From contig NC_086108.1 of assembly GCF_963921235.1 (NCBI RefSeq), forward strand, positions 50,220,001-50,284,000: DNA of 64,000 nt. Direction: 5' to 3'. The notes under the pieces were generated by a model. That model made no database searches. It saw only the letters and a list, made by a program, of their open reading frames with translations, and had not been told where the DNA came from. The DNA comes from Mobula hypostoma. Lineage: Eukaryota. Below are positions 59,988-64,000 of this stretch, piece by piece. Numbering within the stretch: position 1 is the first letter of the stretch; every line of letters begins with the position of its first letter. The position numbers and the translations under genes were made by a program.

Positions 59988-62900
59988 GAGTTTGACCATG
60001 GTTTTCTTAGCAAATAGCAACGGTGGTTTGCGATTGCCTACCATTGGACGAACTAAAAGAAATCGCCATTTCTCTTCCCAAATGTTCATCCACCTGTACT
60101 ATAGCCAGTGACATTTGAGGTCGTAGCTCATCCGCCTTCTCTGTCATAAGTTCAGTTACTGAACCTGCCGGATCTGCCCTTGGCCTTCGCTCGTATCCTG
60201 AACAGGAACCCTTGCAGGTGCTATCGTTCCAGGTCAGAGCGGCCCTGGGAACAATGAATAACTGAGGGGTAACTCCACTTTCCCCAAAGCTCTGAAAATC
60301 CCCAGTCAGAGCCTCATCACTGGTTGCAGTTTAGAGTCGTACTCAGGACTAGAGTTGTGTATACAGGAAAATAACAACAGCGTCAAGAGGATCTGCAAGA
60401 CAATTCTGAAGATGCTTTGCTCGGTAGGGTTGATTCTGGTCAGCAGGGGATTCCTGACCGTCATCAAGCTACTGCTCATAAAATTCAAGTAACACAAAAG
60501 AAAATTATTGCCACTTGGAATGTAAGAACCCTATATCAAGCAGGAAGATTGGACAATGTGATAAATGAAATGGAAAGGCTAAAGATTAACATCATGGGAA
60601 TTAGCAAAGTTCATTGGATGGGTGCTGGAACATGTCAGATTCGAAATAAAACACTAGTTTATTCTTGTGGAACATACCATACTAATGGAGTAGGAATTCT
60701 TATGGATGAAAACATGGCAAAAAGTGTTTTAGGACATTGGGCAATATCAGAAAGAGTGCTCCTTGTTAGATTCAGAGGACAACCATTTGATTTAGCAATT
60801 ATACAGGTTTATGCACCAACAGATGGAACAAGTGAGGATATAGATAAATTCTATGAAGAGCTTGAACAAGCAAAGAATGGATGCAAATCTCAAGATACTG
60901 TTATTGTCATGGGAGATCTAAATGCTAAAGTAGGACAAGGTGCTGATGGAAATACCATAGGAAAATTTGGACTTGGGGAAAGAAATGAACGAGGTGAGAA
61001 ATGAGTAGAATGGTGCAAGATGAATAATCAGGTCATTATGAATACCTACTTTAAAAACCATCCAAGATGCTTGTGGACCTGGAAAAGTCCAGGTGATAAC
61101 GTTAGAAATCAAATTGACTTTATTACTATAAACCAAAGATTTAGAAACTCAGTGACTCAATGCAAAATATATCCAGGTGCAGACTGTAATAGTGACCATA
61201 ACCCAGTAGTATGTCATGTAAAAGTAAAGCTTAAAAAACTAAAGAAGCAAAAATCTGAACAATCCCTTTACTACTTGCAATAAATTAAAGAAGAAAAATT
61301 TACAATTGAAGTAAGGAATAGATTTCAAAGTCTAGAAATAGGATCTGTTGAAGATGATAGCAATCATGTAGAAATGAAATTTAACTCTCTAAAGGATGCC
61401 TTGATAGAATCAGCAAAGTCAGTGATTCCTAAGAAAGAAAAGAGCACAAAGAATAAATGGATGACAGATGAAATCAAAAATCTAATGGAAGAAAGGAGAC
61501 GGAAGAAAGCAAATCCTATAGAATAAACATCCTTAGATAAAAAAGTTAAAAGCTTATGTCAAAAAGCCAAAGAAGAATGGTTAAACCAGGAATGTGAGCA
61601 AGTAGAAAGAATCCCTATTACTGATCCAAAAAGGTTACATCAATAAATCAAGAATATCACCGGTAAAAAGCACCTCTGTTCTTCAGGTGGATGTTTGAAA
61701 GCAAAGGACGGTACCACTATCATGGAAAAAGATGAGATTATGAACAGATGGACTGAATATATTCAGGAATTGTTTGAAGATGATCGAGGTGAAAAACTAG
61801 AAATTAAGAAAAACATTGAAGGTCCAAGTATTTTAAAATCTGAAGTTCGTAATGCAATAAATAAGATGAAGAAAGGAAAGGCAGCAGGTCCTGATGAATT
61901 ACTAATAGAACAAATTATCGCCCTTGAAGATTATGGAATTGAAAAACTTACTGATTTAATCAATGACATTTATAAGACTGGAATAATACCAGAAGAGATG
62001 AAAAAATCAGTATTTATCACTCTTCCTAAGAAACCTGGAGCAATAGAATGTGAATTACATAGGACCATAAGTTTAATGAGTCATATCACCAAGATACTAA
62101 TAAGAATTTTGATGACAAGAGCTAAAAGTAAGATACAAGTGGAAATAGGCAAAGAACAATGTGGTTTTGTGAAAGACAAAGGTACAAGAAACACAACATT
62201 GATGTTAAGGATACTATCAGAATGAGCTATTCAAGTGCAAAAAGATTTGTTTGTTCTATCGACTACACAAAAGCCTTTGATAAAGTGGAGCACAATATGT
62301 TATTTGAAATATTACAGAAAGCTCTAGATCTAGATTCAAAAGACCTCCGCCTAATCAGAAATCTGTACTGGGAACAAACTGCCACTGTAAGAATAGATGG
62401 AGAAGTGAGTCAGTTCACGAAAATCAAGAGACGTTAGACAAGGGTGTGTTTTCTCCCTTGATTTATTTAAGGTGTACAGTGAAACAATATTACAAAAAAT
62501 AAGAGACACCTTGGGAATCAAAGTTGGCGGTGAAAACATCAATAATTTCAGATATGCAGATGACACTGTGTTAATTGCAAGTACGGAGGAAGAACTACAA
62601 AACTTAATTGATATAATTGTTGAAGGAAGTGTAAAAATGGGTCGGTCTATCTATCAATGGCAAAAAGACAGAATGTATGGTGATATCCAAAAAGAAGGAG
62701 AATCCTATCTACAGGCTGAGAATAAATGGGGAAGACATAAAACAAGTACAGAACTTTTGCTACTTAGGAAGCTGGGTGACATCAGATGGCAGGTGCGACT
62801 TGGACATTAAAAGAAGAATAGGGATGGCAAAAGACACCTTTACGAGAATGAAGAGTATACTGACCAACACTAAACTAGGCATGACAACCCGCCTCAGAGT

Positions 62901-63337
62901 ACTGAAATGTTACGTTTATCCCGTTATGTTATATGGCTCAGAATGTTGGACAGTATCTAGTAACATGAGGAAATAAATTGCAGCAGCAGGGATGTGGTTT
63001 TTGAGGAGGATGCAAAGAATATCATGGATGAAACGAATATCTAACAAAGATGGTATGAACAGAGCAAACACAAAAAGGGAAATAATGTATGAGATCTTGA
63101 AAAGGCAATGTAAATTCATTGGACATGTGATTAGGAAAGAGGAGTTAGAATGCATGGTAATTATGGGAAAGACTGAAGGGAAGAAAGCAAGAGGAAGACA
63201 AAGACAAATGATGATGGAGACAGCAGCCAGAGAACTGGAAATGAATGCCAATGAATTGATCCACTTGACCCGAAACAGGAGTGTGTGGGCCATGGCAGTC
63301 AAAGCTCAAACTGGGCACGGCACCTGATGATGATGAT
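59988..63337 (+). mobile_element. Near full-length RTE-clade LINE (single EN-RT ORF with several stops and frameshifts)
   Basis: IATWNVRTL, VYAPT, MGDLNAKVG, SDHNPV, KAAGPD, RTISLMSH, DYTKAFDKV, RYADD and LYGSECW motifs, and a (TGA)n tail. 12-bp TSD GATGTTCCATAA at 59976-59987 and 63338-63349. Confidence 0.92.
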
Positions 63338-64000
63338 GATGTTCCATAATATGTCACATAAGAAAGGTTCACACACAAGATGCTGGAGGAACTCAGCAGG
63401 CCAGGGAACATCCATGGAAAAGAGTAAACAGTCGACATTTTGGCCCTAGACCCTTCATCAGGACTGGAAAGAGAGAGTTACATTTGACGCTGAAATCAGT
63501 GGATGAGCAGGGTGTGAAGAGACCGATACAAATTGTTAGTGGCAAGAAGTTGATAGATGTGGGAGAATGTGAGGTTATCCACTTCAGAAGAAGAATGATA
63601 AAGCAAATTAGCACTTAAAAGCAGTGAGGTTACAGAATGTTGTGGTATAAAAGAATCCTAGAGATCTAGAAACAAAGATTGCAGACATGGTCAGTAATTA
63701 TGAAGGGTACAAGTTAGCCCTTATTGTAAGGGATGTGGAATACAACATTAGAGAAATTTTGATGCAATTACTGGGCACTGGTAAAACCACTGTGTACAGT
63801 TTTGGTGTCAACATTGGAAGCAGTGGAGAGAAGCTCACTGGATGAAGGAGTTGACGTCTGAAGAAAAGCTAAGAAGGTTGGGCCAGGCTCTTCAAAGTGT
63901 AGAAAATGGATGGCTGATCTTACTGAAGCGGAAGATTTGAAAGGATAGGAAGTGCGCTAAAGAGCCAGATGGGCTGAAGTCTTGGCTCAACTCTAAATCT

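Noticed and set aside
59988-60200. HDV-like ribozyme in the RTE 5' UTR
   Set aside because: A CGAA word and some hairpins are present, but I could not build the nested P1/P2/P3/L3 pseudoknot by eye. A descriptor-based search is needed.
1-64000. CRISPR arrays, rRNA or prokaryotic operons
   Set aside because: The window is intron-rich vertebrate DNA. Recurring short repeats are dispersed pLTRs and MITEs, not spaced arrays.

Overview
Vertebrate genomic DNA, most likely a cartilaginous fish and probably a ray. This is inferred from the HE1-type V-SINEs, DeuSINE remnants, CR1 subfamilies and abundant Penelope elements. Three host genes can be rebuilt from splice signals. (1) The first coding exon of NCF2/p67phox (minus strand, running off the left edge). 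(2) A complete four-coding-exon, 298-aa NmrA/HSCARG(NMRAL1)-like gene (plus strand), head-to-head with NCF2, with an altered glycine-rich loop. (3) A complete ARPC5 (minus strand, 150 aa) whose 21-kb first intron is a U12-type AT-AC intron. The rest is mostly transposons: a young CR1 with an intact ORF2, a second decaying CR1, a near full-length RTE, Penelope-like elements with minimal hammerhead ribozymes and 12-14 bp TSDs, SINEs and DNA-transposon MITEs. Two observations stand out. The first is a U_UUA_AAC slippery heptamer exactly at the CR1 ORF1 stop that would shift ribosomes -1 into an ORF2 lacking any usable upstream AUG, suggesting a Gag-Pol-like fusion. The second is a putative NADPH-sensor/NADPH-oxidase-activator divergent gene pair sharing a promoter with ETS-IRF and tandem ARE/AP-1 motifs. 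Homology calls rest on recalled protein motifs, not database searches, and boundaries of old repeats are approximate.
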